IMG/VR virus record: IMGVR_UViG_3300001346_000002
Origin: a virus
Strand: one strand, 5' to 3'
DNA: 32,903 nucleotides
The translations under genes were made by a program, and so were the position numbers. The notes under the pieces were generated by a model. The model worked only from the letters and a program-made list of their open reading frames with translations, made no database searches and was not told where the DNA came from. Of this stretch, positions 1-9,778 are shown piece by piece; the stretch's first letter is position 1; each line of letters opens with the position of its first letter.

Positions 1-97
1 GTAAAAGAGAAACAAAAAGCAGAAGCAGCACAGCGTAGAATGGAGGAACTAAAAAGAAGATGAGCGAAGGACTAGTAACAAAGCATAGCACAATAAC
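1..97. repeat. 97-bp terminal direct repeat. An identical copy lies at 32807..32903, so this is either a circular-assembly overlap or true terminal redundancy.
   Basis: Read directly: gtaaaagagaaacaaaaagcagaagcagcacagcgtagaatggaggaactaaaaagaagatgagcgaaggactagtaacaaagcatagcacaataac occurs at both ends of the window. Confidence 0.95.
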
Positions 98-623
98 CCA
101 AGTACTAGAGGACTTTGGGAATGAGATGCAGACAGACTTAAAAGCTGAGCTGGTTAAGGATGGTGCTTATGTTTCTGGAGACTTAGCCGAACAAATAGAG
201 TTTACCTCTGTAATCAATGGCGAAGGCTTTGTATTCTCGCTTAGGTTAAAAGACTATTACGATTATGTGAATAAGGGAGTAAACGGAACTAAGACAGTTA
301 AGAATAACACACCCTACTCTTATATGTCTAGCTCTAAAATACCTTTTTACTTTGCTAAGCAATGGATGAATAACAAAGGATTGTTTAAAACTAAAGGAAG
401 CACTATAACAAGTTTAGCAGGCAAGCAGTACAAGGTAGGCTCTAAAGATTCTCAAGCGTTTGCAATGGCTAGAAGTTGGAAAGAGAAAGGAACTAAGGGT
501 AACCACTTTTATGACAATGTAGTAACAGAGGCAAGGCTCGACAAACTTAAAAAGGACTTAGCAAGTGCAGCAGCAGGAGACTTAAAAACAGTAATAACGG
601 ACACATTCAAAAGACTTAAATAA
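60..623 (+). CDS. Hypothetical virion-module protein, 187 aa
   Basis: Long ORF. Its ATG overlaps the upstream TGA (agaagATGAgc) and its stop abuts the next ATG at 624. It lies in the structural block after the terminase. I recognise no motif. Confidence 0.55.
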   Translation: MSEGLVTKHSTITQVLEDFGNEMQTDLKAELVKDGAYVSGDLAEQIEFTSVINGEGFVFSLRLKDYYDYVNKGVNGTKTVKNNTPYSYMSSSKIPFYFAKQWMNNKGLFKTKGSTITSLAGKQYKVGSKDSQAFAMARSWKEKGTKGNHFYDNVVTEARLDKLKKDLASAAAGDLKTVITDTFKRLK

Positions 624-1826
624 ATGGCAATAACTATAAATGCAACTCCTAAAGACTTTGCTCCTGTTTACAATAAAATGGAGTATCTTATAGAATCCAC
701 TAATGTAGCACAACCAAACTTTGCTTATTTAGTAGATATCTATATTAATTTTGCAGTAACAAAGACAGTACGTTTAAGAATACCTGCAAGACCTTCTGAC
801 AATAAGGGAAAGGTAGATATCCATAGAGTTCTAGAATCTGCTCTTACATCAGACATAGGTAACCCACTAGGAACTGACTCAGTATATGATGCTACTAATA
901 GTTTTCTAACTTATGTTATTAAATTCGGAGAGGAATACGGTACAACAATAGTACAATATCCAGACCTTACTATAGATACTATTAGAAAGACCTTTAACGG
1001 TAGCTTAGAAAAAAGACCTTTTGTTAATTGGGATGACACAGAATACGAGCTAGACGGAGCTACCAAAAAGTTTATGACTAATATGCCTAATGATAATAAA
1101 GTATCTTTAGACTCTCATGGATGGCTTTACTACAGAGGTTTTCCTTTTATTACTGATTTTGTTATTGTAAGGTTTTTAACAGGTGGAGCTGTGCAGAGCG
1201 TACAGATAGATGCTGCTGCTTCTGCTGCAAATATAAGATTTGTGCCATCTGCTCCTGCCACTTTAAACAATATAGATAATTCTAATTTTACAGCAGGCGC
1301 ACAGCCTATAATTACATCCGACACAGAGCGATATTACATGATAGCTTTAGATAGTGGTGGCAATGTTGTTTCTGAACAAAAACACTTTACACTACAGGAG
1401 GCTTGCAAGTACAATACTAATACCTTAATATTTCAGAACAATCTAGGAGGGTTCGATAACTTTACATTCTATTTAGGCGATATGTCTATGACAGATATTG
1501 AGAGAAAGGACATGAAGGTAAACGTAGACAATGTAGTAGGAAACGATATAGTGTACTCAATGAATGAGCGCGAAAAGGTAACATACTACACTAAAAAAAG
1601 CGAGACTATAAAATTAATGTCAGATTGGATAACAGAAGCAGAAAGCAACTGGCTACTAGAATTAATTTCAAGTCCTGAGATATACCTACAGAATGGAGAT
1701 GAACTTACAGCAGTAGCTAAGATTAAAGCAACCAACTACACTAAGAAAAAAGTAGTAAGGGATAAGCTATTCAAAATAGATGTAGAGCTTGAGCTAGGTT
1801 ATGACGATTACAGACAACGTATATAA
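624..1826 (+). CDS. Virion structural protein (tail or baseplate type, unassigned), 400 aa
   Basis: The 400-aa ORF directly abuts both neighbours. Its composition is beta-rich and Asn/Thr/Ser-rich, typical of tail proteins, and it sits upstream of a very large tail-type gene. Confidence 0.5.
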   Translation: MAITINATPKDFAPVYNKMEYLIESTNVAQPNFAYLVDIYINFAVTKTVRLRIPARPSDNKGKVDIHRVLESALTSDIGNPLGTDSVYDATNSFLTYVIKFGEEYGTTIVQYPDLTIDTIRKTFNGSLEKRPFVNWDDTEYELDGATKKFMTNMPNDNKVSLDSHGWLYYRGFPFITDFVIVRFLTGGAVQSVQIDAAASAANIRFVPSAPATLNNIDNSNFTAGAQPIITSDTERYYMIALDSGGNVVSEQKHFTLQEACKYNTNTLIFQNNLGGFDNFTFYLGDMSMTDIERKDMKVNVDNVVGNDIVYSMNEREKVTYYTKKSETIKLMSDWITEAESNWLLELISSPEIYLQNGDELTAVAKIKATNYTKKKVVRDKLFKIDVELELGYDDYRQRI

Positions 1827-3458
1827 ATGGTTACAGAGAAACTTATAATAGAGGGAGTTACTATACCGATAGACAAGGGTATTTCTACTGTGCTAACTTT
1901 TAGCATCAAAGATATTCAACAACCCGATAAGGTAAAGTCTAGTTTTAGTAAGACAATTAAGCTACCGGGAAGTAAGGCAATAAATGATAAGCTAAATTTT
2001 ATCTTTGAGGTAAATAGCGATTCTACATTTAATCCTAACTTGAAACTAGATGCGGTTTACTATCAAAATGACATAGCAGTATTTAGTGGTTTTATACAGT
2101 TAAAAGACATTCACAAAAAAGACTATAACCAAGTTGAATATAGCGTAGTGCTATTTGGAGAAACTGCTAATATCTTTAGAGAGCTAGGTAACAAGTTTCT
2201 GAATGACTCAGGTATGTTATGGAATGAGTTAGACCATGACTATACAAGAGTAATACAAGAAAATAGTTGGCAGACCTCATACATAGAAAATGGAGTAGTT
2301 ACACCGTTTCAACTTGGAAGCGGATATGTTTATCCAATGATTAATTACGGAAATGATACAGACATAAGCGTATACAATGTAGATGAGATGTTTCCTGCTG
2401 TTTATGCTAAGGAATACATAGATAGAATGTTTGCGGATTCAGGCTATACCTATACATCGACATTTTTAAACAGTCTACTATTTAAGCGTTTAATCATCCC
2501 TTTTAATGGCAAAGAATTTAAAAGTACTCAAACAGATTTAAGTCCTAGAAGGGTAGAGGCAAATACACCTTTATTTGTATCTAGTGGAAGTAATAACTTT
2601 ACTTTAGATTCATCTATTTACTCAAGCAATAGCTTCGTAGAAAATACAGTAAGACTTTCTAATGAGGTTGTAGACGCAAATAACCAATACAACTCAACTA
2701 CAGGGGAGCTAACAATAGGAGCAACTGGTTTGTATAGAATTTCATTTGATGCAATTATACAAATGGAAACAACTCCACAAGCAGGCGCAGCAGCAGCAGG
2801 GGATTTAATAGCAAATGGAAACGCTAATTTTTTGAATAATTTTGGAGTTTATGTGAATGGGGTATTTCAAAACGCTGTAACCTCTTACACTTTTGCAAAT
2901 AATTTAACTCCTGCTGTAACTTATCAAACAGCTAACCCTACATTATACCCAGATAACAACTTTTTAAATCCTCCAGGAAATGGACTTGTTTCCAGAAACT
3001 ACAACCCGCCAAACCAATATCAAGTAAATACAGACATACAATTAAATTCTGGAGATGTAGTAACTATTAAAATAGCTAGTGCTTGGAATCTTAGGGTGTT
3101 CAATTCTTCTGTAAATGGATATCCATTTCTACCTCTTTCTCAATTTAAACCTTACTATGATGTTAATAGTACACCTTCGCCACCTGTACAAATTAAAGAC
3201 GAGTACGATGCAGATTTTAAAATAATATTGTCTAGCGCGAATCTTTCTTTAAACATATTAGACTCTCCTTATTTAGAGGGCGACACAGTAGACATGGCTA
3301 GCGCTATCCCTGACAAGGTAAAACAAAGAGATTTTCTAACGTCTATTATAAAGATGTTTAACCTCTATATGATACCCGACGAGAATAACCCTAAGAATAT
3401 TATAATAGAACCTAGAGAGGATTTTTATACTACAGATGTAATAGACTGGAGTCAATAA
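1827..3458 (+). CDS. Large tail/host-recognition protein, N-terminal segment (543 aa). The gene continues in the +1 frame from 3445.
   Basis: The ORF ends ..IDWSQ-TAA at 3456..3458. The adjacent frame is open from 3445 and reads straight into the 3601..4800 ORF. The Asn/Ser/Thr/Gly-rich composition is tail-fibre-like. Confidence 0.55.
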   Translation: MVTEKLIIEGVTIPIDKGISTVLTFSIKDIQQPDKVKSSFSKTIKLPGSKAINDKLNFIFEVNSDSTFNPNLKLDAVYYQNDIAVFSGFIQLKDIHKKDYNQVEYSVVLFGETANIFRELGNKFLNDSGMLWNELDHDYTRVIQENSWQTSYIENGVVTPFQLGSGYVYPMINYGNDTDISVYNVDEMFPAVYAKEYIDRMFADSGYTYTSTFLNSLLFKRLIIPFNGKEFKSTQTDLSPRRVEANTPLFVSSGSNNFTLDSSIYSSNSFVENTVRLSNEVVDANNQYNSTTGELTIGATGLYRISFDAIIQMETTPQAGAAAAGDLIANGNANFLNNFGVYVNGVFQNAVTSYTFANNLTPAVTYQTANPTLYPDNNFLNPPGNGLVSRNYNPPNQYQVNTDIQLNSGDVVTIKIASAWNLRVFNSSVNGYPFLPLSQFKPYYDVNSTPSPPVQIKDEYDADFKIILSSANLSLNILDSPYLEGDTVDMASAIPDKVKQRDFLTSIIKMFNLYMIPDENNPKNIIIEPREDFYTTDVIDWSQ

Positions 3459-3600
3459 GCTAGACTATTCTAAAGAGCATAATCTTACACCAACTGCTGT
3501 AACTAATAAGCAAAAATACATATACACTTACAAGCAAGATGCTGACTATTACAATAAGAAATATGAATCTAGTTGGCTAGATATATACGGAAGTAGAAAC

Positions 3601-4800
3601 GTGTATCTCGAAAATGACTTTAATAAAACAGACCACAAAACAGAGCTTATCTTTTCGCCTACTCCAATGGTAGGGCAGCTAACAAATGATAGAGTAGTAA
3701 GCACAATAATAGATGTGGATGAGACGCTACAGCAAAAGACTATTAAGTCAAATATTAGAATACTTTACTATTCAGGTTTAAAAGATAGTATAATTAACTG
3801 GACTCATGAAGCTATATCTGGAGATGTTATACAGACTCGCTATCCTTATGCTGCACATTTCGATGACCCATATACTCCGACTATAGATATTAATTTCGGA
3901 CTACCAAGAGAAATATACTGGGATAATACTTGGTCGAGTATTACGATAACTAATGCAAACCTTTATGAAACATATCACAGAAAAGAATTTGAGCAGCTTA
4001 CAAATAAAGACAGTAAGATATTTAAAGGTTACTTTTTGTTAAACCCTACAGATATTGCTAACCTATCATTTAGACCTAGTTACTTTTTTGATAATGAATA
4101 CTGGACACTACATAAGGTTATGTACAGTAGCTCGATTTATCAACCTAGTAAATGCGAGTTCTTAAAATTAAAGTCAGTTCCTATACCAACATCAACATCG
4201 GCATTGGTATCGGCAGGTAGAGCTTTTATAGGCGACGAGGAAGCACCAAACATTTATAAAAATACTCTATCAGGAAACAATGTATTAAATACTAAGTCTA
4301 ACCATGTAGATGGCTTAAACAACTTTATAGACAGAACTGCAATGTTTGTAGATATAAAAGGAGATTCAAATAAGGTATCTACTAATGCTAAAAACATAAC
4401 TATATCAGGAGACAATAATATTATCTATCCAGATTTAGAGAATGTAAGCCTAATTAATACAAGTGGAGTAACTATAACAGAGTCTAATGTAGCTTATGTA
4501 AATGGCGAGATTAAAGGAGCAGGAAGCGTATTAACAATAGATACTAGTACTACAGCGGACGAAAGTATTACTACTTATTTATGCGATACCTCAAGCAACA
4601 AAATTACTGTTACCCTGCCTGAGTTTCCAACAGTAGGAAAGGTTTGGAACTTTAAAAAGATAGCTGTAAATTTTGTAATGATAATAAGAACTCCTCTTGG
4701 TTCTGCAACCACTATAGACGGTTTAGCAGATATACGAGTTACTGGCTACAATAATTCATACTCTGTTCAATTTGACGGAATAAACTATAAAATAATATAA
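3601..4800 (+). CDS. C-terminal segment of the same tail protein. The GTG at 3601 is probably not the real start.
   Basis: The frame is open with protein-like sequence from 3445 (TGVNKLDYSKEHNLTPTAVTNKQKYIYTYKQDADYYNKKYESSWLDIYGSRN-VYLEND..). There is no in-frame ATG between 3445 and 3601. Confidence 0.55.
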   Translation: MYLENDFNKTDHKTELIFSPTPMVGQLTNDRVVSTIIDVDETLQQKTIKSNIRILYYSGLKDSIINWTHEAISGDVIQTRYPYAAHFDDPYTPTIDINFGLPREIYWDNTWSSITITNANLYETYHRKEFEQLTNKDSKIFKGYFLLNPTDIANLSFRPSYFFDNEYWTLHKVMYSSSIYQPSKCEFLKLKSVPIPTSTSALVSAGRAFIGDEEAPNIYKNTLSGNNVLNTKSNHVDGLNNFIDRTAMFVDIKGDSNKVSTNAKNITISGDNNIIYPDLENVSLINTSGVTITESNVAYVNGEIKGAGSVLTIDTSTTADESITTYLCDTSSNKITVTLPEFPTVGKVWNFKKIAVNFVMIIRTPLGSATTIDGLADIRVTGYNNSYSVQFDGINYKII

Positions 4801-4801
4801 C

Positions 4802-4951
4802 ATGACATACATTCCAGACATATACAGCGGAGTTATATCAGTACCTATAAATACTACATTAATGATTACATTTAATAGTCAAATGATTAACTACGGAGGT
4901 TTAAACATACAAGGGGTTTTAGTTATACAAGGAGATTTAATATTAAAATAA
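4802..4951 (+). CDS. Small hypothetical protein, 49 aa (MTYIPDIYSGVISVPINTT..QGDLILK)
   Basis: Hand-translated ORF that fills the 158-nt gap between two structural genes. It is below the ORF-track cutoff. Confidence 0.3.
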   Translation: MTYIPDIYSGVISVPINTTLMITFNSQMINYGGLNIQGVLVIQGDLILK

Positions 4952-4958
4952 AAATACA

Positions 4959-5612
4959 ATGGCAAATATACAAATAGGCGCAGCAGCAGGAACTACTTTA
5001 GGCAACCCACCAAGCGGAGACTTTTACATCTTTATAGATAGTGATAATGTGAACGCCTACACTTTAAGAGATAGCTCTGGAATGGACACTATACTAGGAA
5101 GCGCAAACCCTGCAACCTTATACGGTCTTTATTCGCAAACTGTACAAAGCGCAACTATTACAAATACAGTAACAGAAACAAGTATTGTGGGAACTGGAGT
5201 AGGTAGCTTGACTGTACCTGCTGACTTTTTTACCGTAGGCGATTCTTATCATGGAAAAATAGGAGGAGTTATTTCTGCTCAAAATGGAGACGATGTAACT
5301 TTAAGAATTAAAACAGGAACAACAGTATTAGCAAGTACAGGAGCAATATCTTTAAGTCCAGTAACTGGTTTAGGATGGGAGCTAGAGCTAGACTTTACAA
5401 TAGCAGCAATAGGAGCAACTGGAACTATTTGCACCAATGGAAACTTTGCATATAATAGAGACACAGGAAGTTTAGAGGGTTTTGTATTTCAGGACGTACA
5501 AGCAATAGACACTACTGCGAGTAATACACTAGACATAACCGTAGAATGGGGGCAAGCTAAAGCTCAAGACCAAATATACAGCGCAAACTTTGTACTATAT
5601 AAAACTTACTAA
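4959..5612 (+). CDS. Tail-fibre / receptor-binding-like structural protein, 217 aa
   Basis: Gly/Thr/Ala/Ser-rich, beta-type sequence with no charged helices. It lies between the large tail gene and the tape-measure-like gene. Confidence 0.4.
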   Translation: MANIQIGAAAGTTLGNPPSGDFYIFIDSDNVNAYTLRDSSGMDTILGSANPATLYGLYSQTVQSATITNTVTETSIVGTGVGSLTVPADFFTVGDSYHGKIGGVISAQNGDDVTLRIKTGTTVLASTGAISLSPVTGLGWELELDFTIAAIGATGTICTNGNFAYNRDTGSLEGFVFQDVQAIDTTASNTLDITVEWGQAKAQDQIYSANFVLYKTY

Positions 5613-5614
5613 GA

Positions 5615-7552
5615 ATGGCAGACGATAAGGTAGCATTAGAAATATTTATAGAAGCAGACAAAGCTCAAATGTCTTTAGGGGATTTAGAGGCAGGCTTTGA
5701 CTCTATGAAGGAAAGACTTAAAGAAGTCGGCAGAGGCAGCGAGGAGTTCAAAACCCTTTCTACGGCAATGGCTAACACCTCCAAAGAAATTAAGAATATA
5801 GAGCTAGGCTTTGAAGGTTTGGACAGAGAGCAGGTAGCTAGTGAACTCGGAAGTGTTGCAGGAGCTGTAGGAGATGTAACAGCTAGTCTAGTCTTAATGG
5901 GTGGAGAATCTGAAACAATGGAGCAGATAGGCGCAAGTATTGAAAAAGCTATGGCTATTTCTATGGGGTTCAAAGGAGCTATAGAAGGGTTAAGCTCTGC
6001 AAATAAACTTTATAATAACTTACTAAAACAAGGTAAAGTCGCGCTTATTGCTAAGACAGTAGTAGAGAAAGCAGCAGCAGCAGGAACATGGTTACTTAAT
6101 GCAGCTAACAAGGCATTGAACATTACTTTAAAAGCTAACCCTATCGGATTAATAGTTACTGCTCTAGGTTTAGTAGTAGCTGGGGTAGTATATTTTAAGG
6201 ATTCTATAATGAGCTTAATAGATACAGCTTTAAAACCATTTCAATGGATTATAGACATTCTCATTGATGGCTTACAAGCTATGGGTATTATGGCAAGTGA
6301 TGAAGCTATAGCTCAAGAGAAAGCAGCAGAAAAGAAAATAGAAAGCTATCGGAAGCAAGCAAAAGAACTAGAAAAACTAAGAGAGGCACATGAGAGATTA
6401 TCTGAAAAGGTATTAGGCGATTTGGAATATGAACTAGAATTACTAAAAGCTAAAGGAGAAGATACAGCAGAAGCAGAATGGGATATAGTAAACCAAAAAA
6501 AGAAAGCAGCAAAAGAAGCTAAAAAAATAGCACAGGACGAATATAACAACTCTAAGAAATTAATAGACCTAAGAAGGGCGCAAAATAAAGAGGTAACAGA
6601 CGAGGACATTCAAGCTCTTAATGCTTTAGTTGATAACGTACACGCTACTAGAGACGCTTACACAGATGCCACAAGAGACCAGACTATATTTTTTGCTAAC
6701 CGTAAAAGACAAAGAAAAGAGGACAGAGAAGCAGAAGCAGAAGCGGATAAAAAAGCAGCAGCAGAGGCAGAAGCAGCAAGACAAAAGGCATGGGAAGCAG
6801 GAGCAGCAGATAGAGCTATGGCTAGGTCTAAAGAACAGCAAGCTAAGAAGGATGCTTTAATGGAGGACATCGAAAGGGTAGAGATAGATAAGACCATGCA
6901 GACTGAGGAGCTAGATAGGCACTCAATACATATAGAGGGGTTAATATCTAACGAGCAAGCTCTAAGAGATGCAATGATTCAGTTTTCAGATGCGCAGTTA
7001 ATAAAGATAGAGGAGGAAAGACAGGCAAGACTAGCAGCTAACCAAGAAAGACTAGAAAGCGCATCTCAAGTAATCGGAGCAATAGGTAGCTTAAATAGTG
7101 CAGCATTAGCAAATGACCTAAAGAATGCAGGCAATAATGAAGCACTAAAAGAGAAGTTAAGAAAGGCTAGTTTTGAACGTGAAAAGAAACTAAACATAGC
7201 AATGGCTTTGGTAAATGGCGCACAGGCTCAAATGTCTATACTAGCGCAAACACCCAAAGCAGATTTTGGAATCGCCACAGCTATAGCAATGGCAGCAGCA
7301 GCAGTTACAACTATAGCACAGATAGCAGCAATTAAAGCCACATCTTATCAAGGTGGCGGTAGTCCTGCAAGCCCTGAAACAAGTACAGCACCAAGTGCAG
7401 GAGGAGCAGGAGCAGCAGGTGGAGGAGCAGCCATAAGTCCAGTAAGTAACACTAGCACTATACTAGGTAATCAACAAGTATATGTAACTGAAACAGACAT
7501 AACAGAAACACAAAATAATGTAAGCGTAATAGAAGAAAGCGCAACTTTTTAA
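5615..7552 (+). CDS. Tape-measure-like or internal virion protein, 645 aa
   Basis: Long Ala/Glu/Lys-rich coiled-coil segments. There is a hydrophobic membrane-like stretch (PIGLIVTALGLVVAGVVYF), a second hydrophobic Ala-rich segment near the C-terminus and a Gly/Ala-rich tail. Confidence 0.5.
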   Translation: MADDKVALEIFIEADKAQMSLGDLEAGFDSMKERLKEVGRGSEEFKTLSTAMANTSKEIKNIELGFEGLDREQVASELGSVAGAVGDVTASLVLMGGESETMEQIGASIEKAMAISMGFKGAIEGLSSANKLYNNLLKQGKVALIAKTVVEKAAAAGTWLLNAANKALNITLKANPIGLIVTALGLVVAGVVYFKDSIMSLIDTALKPFQWIIDILIDGLQAMGIMASDEAIAQEKAAEKKIESYRKQAKELEKLREAHERLSEKVLGDLEYELELLKAKGEDTAEAEWDIVNQKKKAAKEAKKIAQDEYNNSKKLIDLRRAQNKEVTDEDIQALNALVDNVHATRDAYTDATRDQTIFFANRKRQRKEDREAEAEADKKAAAEAEAARQKAWEAGAADRAMARSKEQQAKKDALMEDIERVEIDKTMQTEELDRHSIHIEGLISNEQALRDAMIQFSDAQLIKIEEERQARLAANQERLESASQVIGAIGSLNSAALANDLKNAGNNEALKEKLRKASFEREKKLNIAMALVNGAQAQMSILAQTPKADFGIATAIAMAAAAVTTIAQIAAIKATSYQGGGSPASPETSTAPSAGGAGAAGGGAAISPVSNTSTILGNQQVYVTETDITETQNNVSVIEESATF

Positions 7553-7562
7553 AATAATAGAT

Positions 7563-8792
7563 ATGGAAAAAATAGAAGTATTTGAACTGGTAATAGACAC
7601 CGACGATGAAAGCGGAGTAACAGCTATAGCTTTAGTAGACCAACCTGCAATAGACTCAAATTGGATGGCATTTAGTCAGCAGACAGAGTACAAGTTTAAC
7701 ATTAAAGACGAGGAGAAGCGAATAATAGAAGGCTACTTTATGGTTGCTGATTTACTTATCCCTAGAATAGGAGAGCAAGGCGAAAAGTTCTTTGTAAAGT
7801 TCTCAGCTAAGACAATAGAACAGATAAGAGAAAAACAAAGTAGGTTAGGTTTAAACAATAACTTTAATTTAATGCATGACCCTAGACAAATAGCAGAAGG
7901 GGTTTATATGTTAGATAACCTTATTATAGACAATGAAAGAGGTAAGGTAGCTCCAAAAGAATTTGAGAAAGTTCCTAACGGTAGTTTGTGGGGTTCTGCA
8001 AAAGTTGACAATGACGAAATATGGGAGCAAGTAAAGGCAGGGGAGTTCTCGGGATTTAGTGTAGAAGGTATGTTTAAACAACTTGAACCTGTAACAATGG
8101 ACGAGGAAACAATAAACAAAATAATCAAAACTATACAAGATTTTGAAAAAAGTATAGATGACAATGTACAACTAAGTAACAAACAAACAATAGATAATAT
8201 GAGTAAAGAAACTTTAGACAAAGTAAAGAGCTTAATTTTTGGCGAAGAAACAACAGAGGTAGCTGTAGAGGCAACTCCAGAAGTAACCGAAGTTAAGTTG
8301 ATGGCTGCTGAATTAGCAGATGGAACAATGGTTAACATCGACCCAGCTTTAGAAGTTGGTGCAGTAGTAACTGTTGAAGTAGAGGGCGAAGTAGCTCCAA
8401 TGCCAAACGGAGATTATCCACTAGCAGACGGAACAGTAGTAACTGTAATGGAGGGAGCAATTTCTGACATTAAAGAAGTAGAAGCAGAGGAGGAGGAAGC
8501 AATGGAAACAGAAGCAACTCCAAAAGCTGAAACAGTAACAGAAGCAAAGATTCGTAAAATTATTGAATCAACTGAAACTGTATTCAATGAGCAATTTGCA
8601 AAACTTACAGAGGAGTTAGAAACTGTTAAAGCAGAATTTGCTAAATACAAAGAAGAAGCAGATACAAAAGAGAAAGCTATGTTTTCAGCAGTAGAGGAAT
8701 TAGCTAACGAATCTAGCGTAGCACCAATTAAGAAAAAAAGAAGCGGTGTAATTTCACCAAAAAAGAAATCAATTTTTACAGTAAATAAATAA
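7563..8792 (+). CDS. Prohead protease (XkdF / S78-like N-terminal domain) fused to an acidic scaffold-like C-terminal half
   Basis: The N-terminus (SGVTAIALVDQPAIDSNWMAF .. NLMHD .. GSLWGSAKVDNDEIWEQVKAGEFSGFSVEG) matches my recollection of the XkdF-type phage protease domain. The C-terminal half is Glu/Ala/Thr/Val-rich, and the gene lies immediately upstream of the capsid gene. Confidence 0.65.
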   Translation: MEKIEVFELVIDTDDESGVTAIALVDQPAIDSNWMAFSQQTEYKFNIKDEEKRIIEGYFMVADLLIPRIGEQGEKFFVKFSAKTIEQIREKQSRLGLNNNFNLMHDPRQIAEGVYMLDNLIIDNERGKVAPKEFEKVPNGSLWGSAKVDNDEIWEQVKAGEFSGFSVEGMFKQLEPVTMDEETINKIIKTIQDFEKSIDDNVQLSNKQTIDNMSKETLDKVKSLIFGEETTEVAVEATPEVTEVKLMAAELADGTMVNIDPALEVGAVVTVEVEGEVAPMPNGDYPLADGTVVTVMEGAISDIKEVEAEEEEAMETEATPKAETVTEAKIRKIIESTETVFNEQFAKLTEELETVKAEFAKYKEEADTKEKAMFSAVEELANESSVAPIKKKRSGVISPKKKSIFTVNK

Positions 8793-8811
8793 ACATTAAA
8801 AAAAAATTATT

Positions 8812-9753
8812 ATGGGTTTTGAATTAGGAACATTATCAGCATACATAGAAGACCAAGACTTTCCATTGATTGCACAGATGCAAGCAACAGGAGGATTAGC
8901 AGCAGTAGCAGATATTCAAACAGGAATTAAAGGGAGTTCACATTTACAGTTTTTATCAACTGATGTTATTTTTGGAGCAGATGGCTGCACAAGAACAGGA
9001 AACGCAGATACGGACATCACACAAAAAACTTTAACTGTCGGAGCAATCGCTGTGTCAGAAGATTTATGCGTAAAAGACCTTAACGGATACTGGGCGCAAG
9101 TTCTAGTGAAGAAAGGAGCAGCAGGAGAGGAAGAAATGCCAGCAGAAATCGAAGCGGTTTACATGGAAAAGAAGATGAATGCAATGCAGAATCAACTTAC
9201 TATCTCTGACTTTCAAGGAGACACAGCAAGTGCAACAAATAACTTGTCTTACTATGACGGTCTTTTGAAAATTGTAGATGCAGGTGCGCCAGTAGATGGT
9301 AACACAGGAGCTGTAACAGTAGCAACTGGAATCTCAAGCTCTAACGTACTAGACATCTTAGATGGTATGTGGGAAAGCATCCCTGATAATATCTCTGAAG
9401 CAGACGACCTTTCATTATGGGTGCCGACATCAGTTTACAAAAAATATGTAGTAGCACTTAAAAACGCTAACTTATTCCACTATTCTGGAGATGGCGAGCA
9501 AGTAAACCTTTACGGAACTAACGTAGCTTTAAGAAGCACAGTAGGACTACCGGGAGCAGCAGGAGACGAGAGAATGATTTTAACAAGAGACTCTAACGTA
9601 GTTATCGGAATGGACGGAGACGCTGACGAGGACGCAATGAAAGTGCGTTTAGACCCAGTTACTGAAAAGAACATTTTCTTCGATGTTACCTTCAAACGTG
9701 GCGTACAAGTACGATTTGTAGACGAATGTGTACAGTTCACATTAATTCCTTAA
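8812..9753 (+). CDS. Major capsid protein, 313 aa
   Basis: It directly follows the protease/scaffold gene, has a long A-rich leader and is followed by a strong intrinsic terminator. Size and composition fit an HK97-fold coat protein. Confidence 0.75.
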   Translation: MGFELGTLSAYIEDQDFPLIAQMQATGGLAAVADIQTGIKGSSHLQFLSTDVIFGADGCTRTGNADTDITQKTLTVGAIAVSEDLCVKDLNGYWAQVLVKKGAAGEEEMPAEIEAVYMEKKMNAMQNQLTISDFQGDTASATNNLSYYDGLLKIVDAGAPVDGNTGAVTVATGISSSNVLDILDGMWESIPDNISEADDLSLWVPTSVYKKYVVALKNANLFHYSGDGEQVNLYGTNVALRSTVGLPGAAGDERMILTRDSNVVIGMDGDADEDAMKVRLDPVTEKNIFFDVTFKRGVQVRFVDECVQFTLIP

Positions 9754-9778
9754 TAGGACTTTAACAATTAACTAAGAG

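Noticed and set aside
1130-1324. Minus-strand 64-aa ORF, and the similar minus-strand ORFs at 5279..5464, 9510..9740, 11875..12173, 13478..13938, 15852..16218, 16438..16674, 18542..18754, 20079..20270, 22556..22738, 24668..25224, 25620..25817, 26370..26552, 27352..27546, 27935..28117 and 32135..32386
   Set aside because: Each lies inside, or largely overlaps, a longer + strand gene that has recognisable motifs or tight operon coupling. Their translations are low-complexity or Leu/Ser/Phe-rich antisense artefacts. Nothing else in the window is encoded on the minus strand.
5665-6897. Cluster of minus-strand ORFs (5665..5973, 6346..6609, 6626..6841, 6658..6897) and the + strand alternative-frame ORF 6630..6860 inside the tape-measure-like gene
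   Set aside because: They arise from the GCA/GAA-rich (Ala/Glu/Lys) repetitive coding sequence, which is stop-poor in several frames. The products are Cys/Ser/Phe or Gln/Lys homopolymer-like. I also considered the GCAGAAGCAGAAGC-type repetition here as a DNA repeat element, but it is simply the coding sequence for the EAEAEA..AAAEAEAA low-complexity segment.
7904-8650. Minus-strand ORFs of 144, 86 and 78 aa within the protease/scaffold gene
   Set aside because: They are antisense to a gene with a clear XkdF-type domain. They are hydrophobic, Ser/Leu-rich translations typical of the antisense strand of acidic coding sequence.
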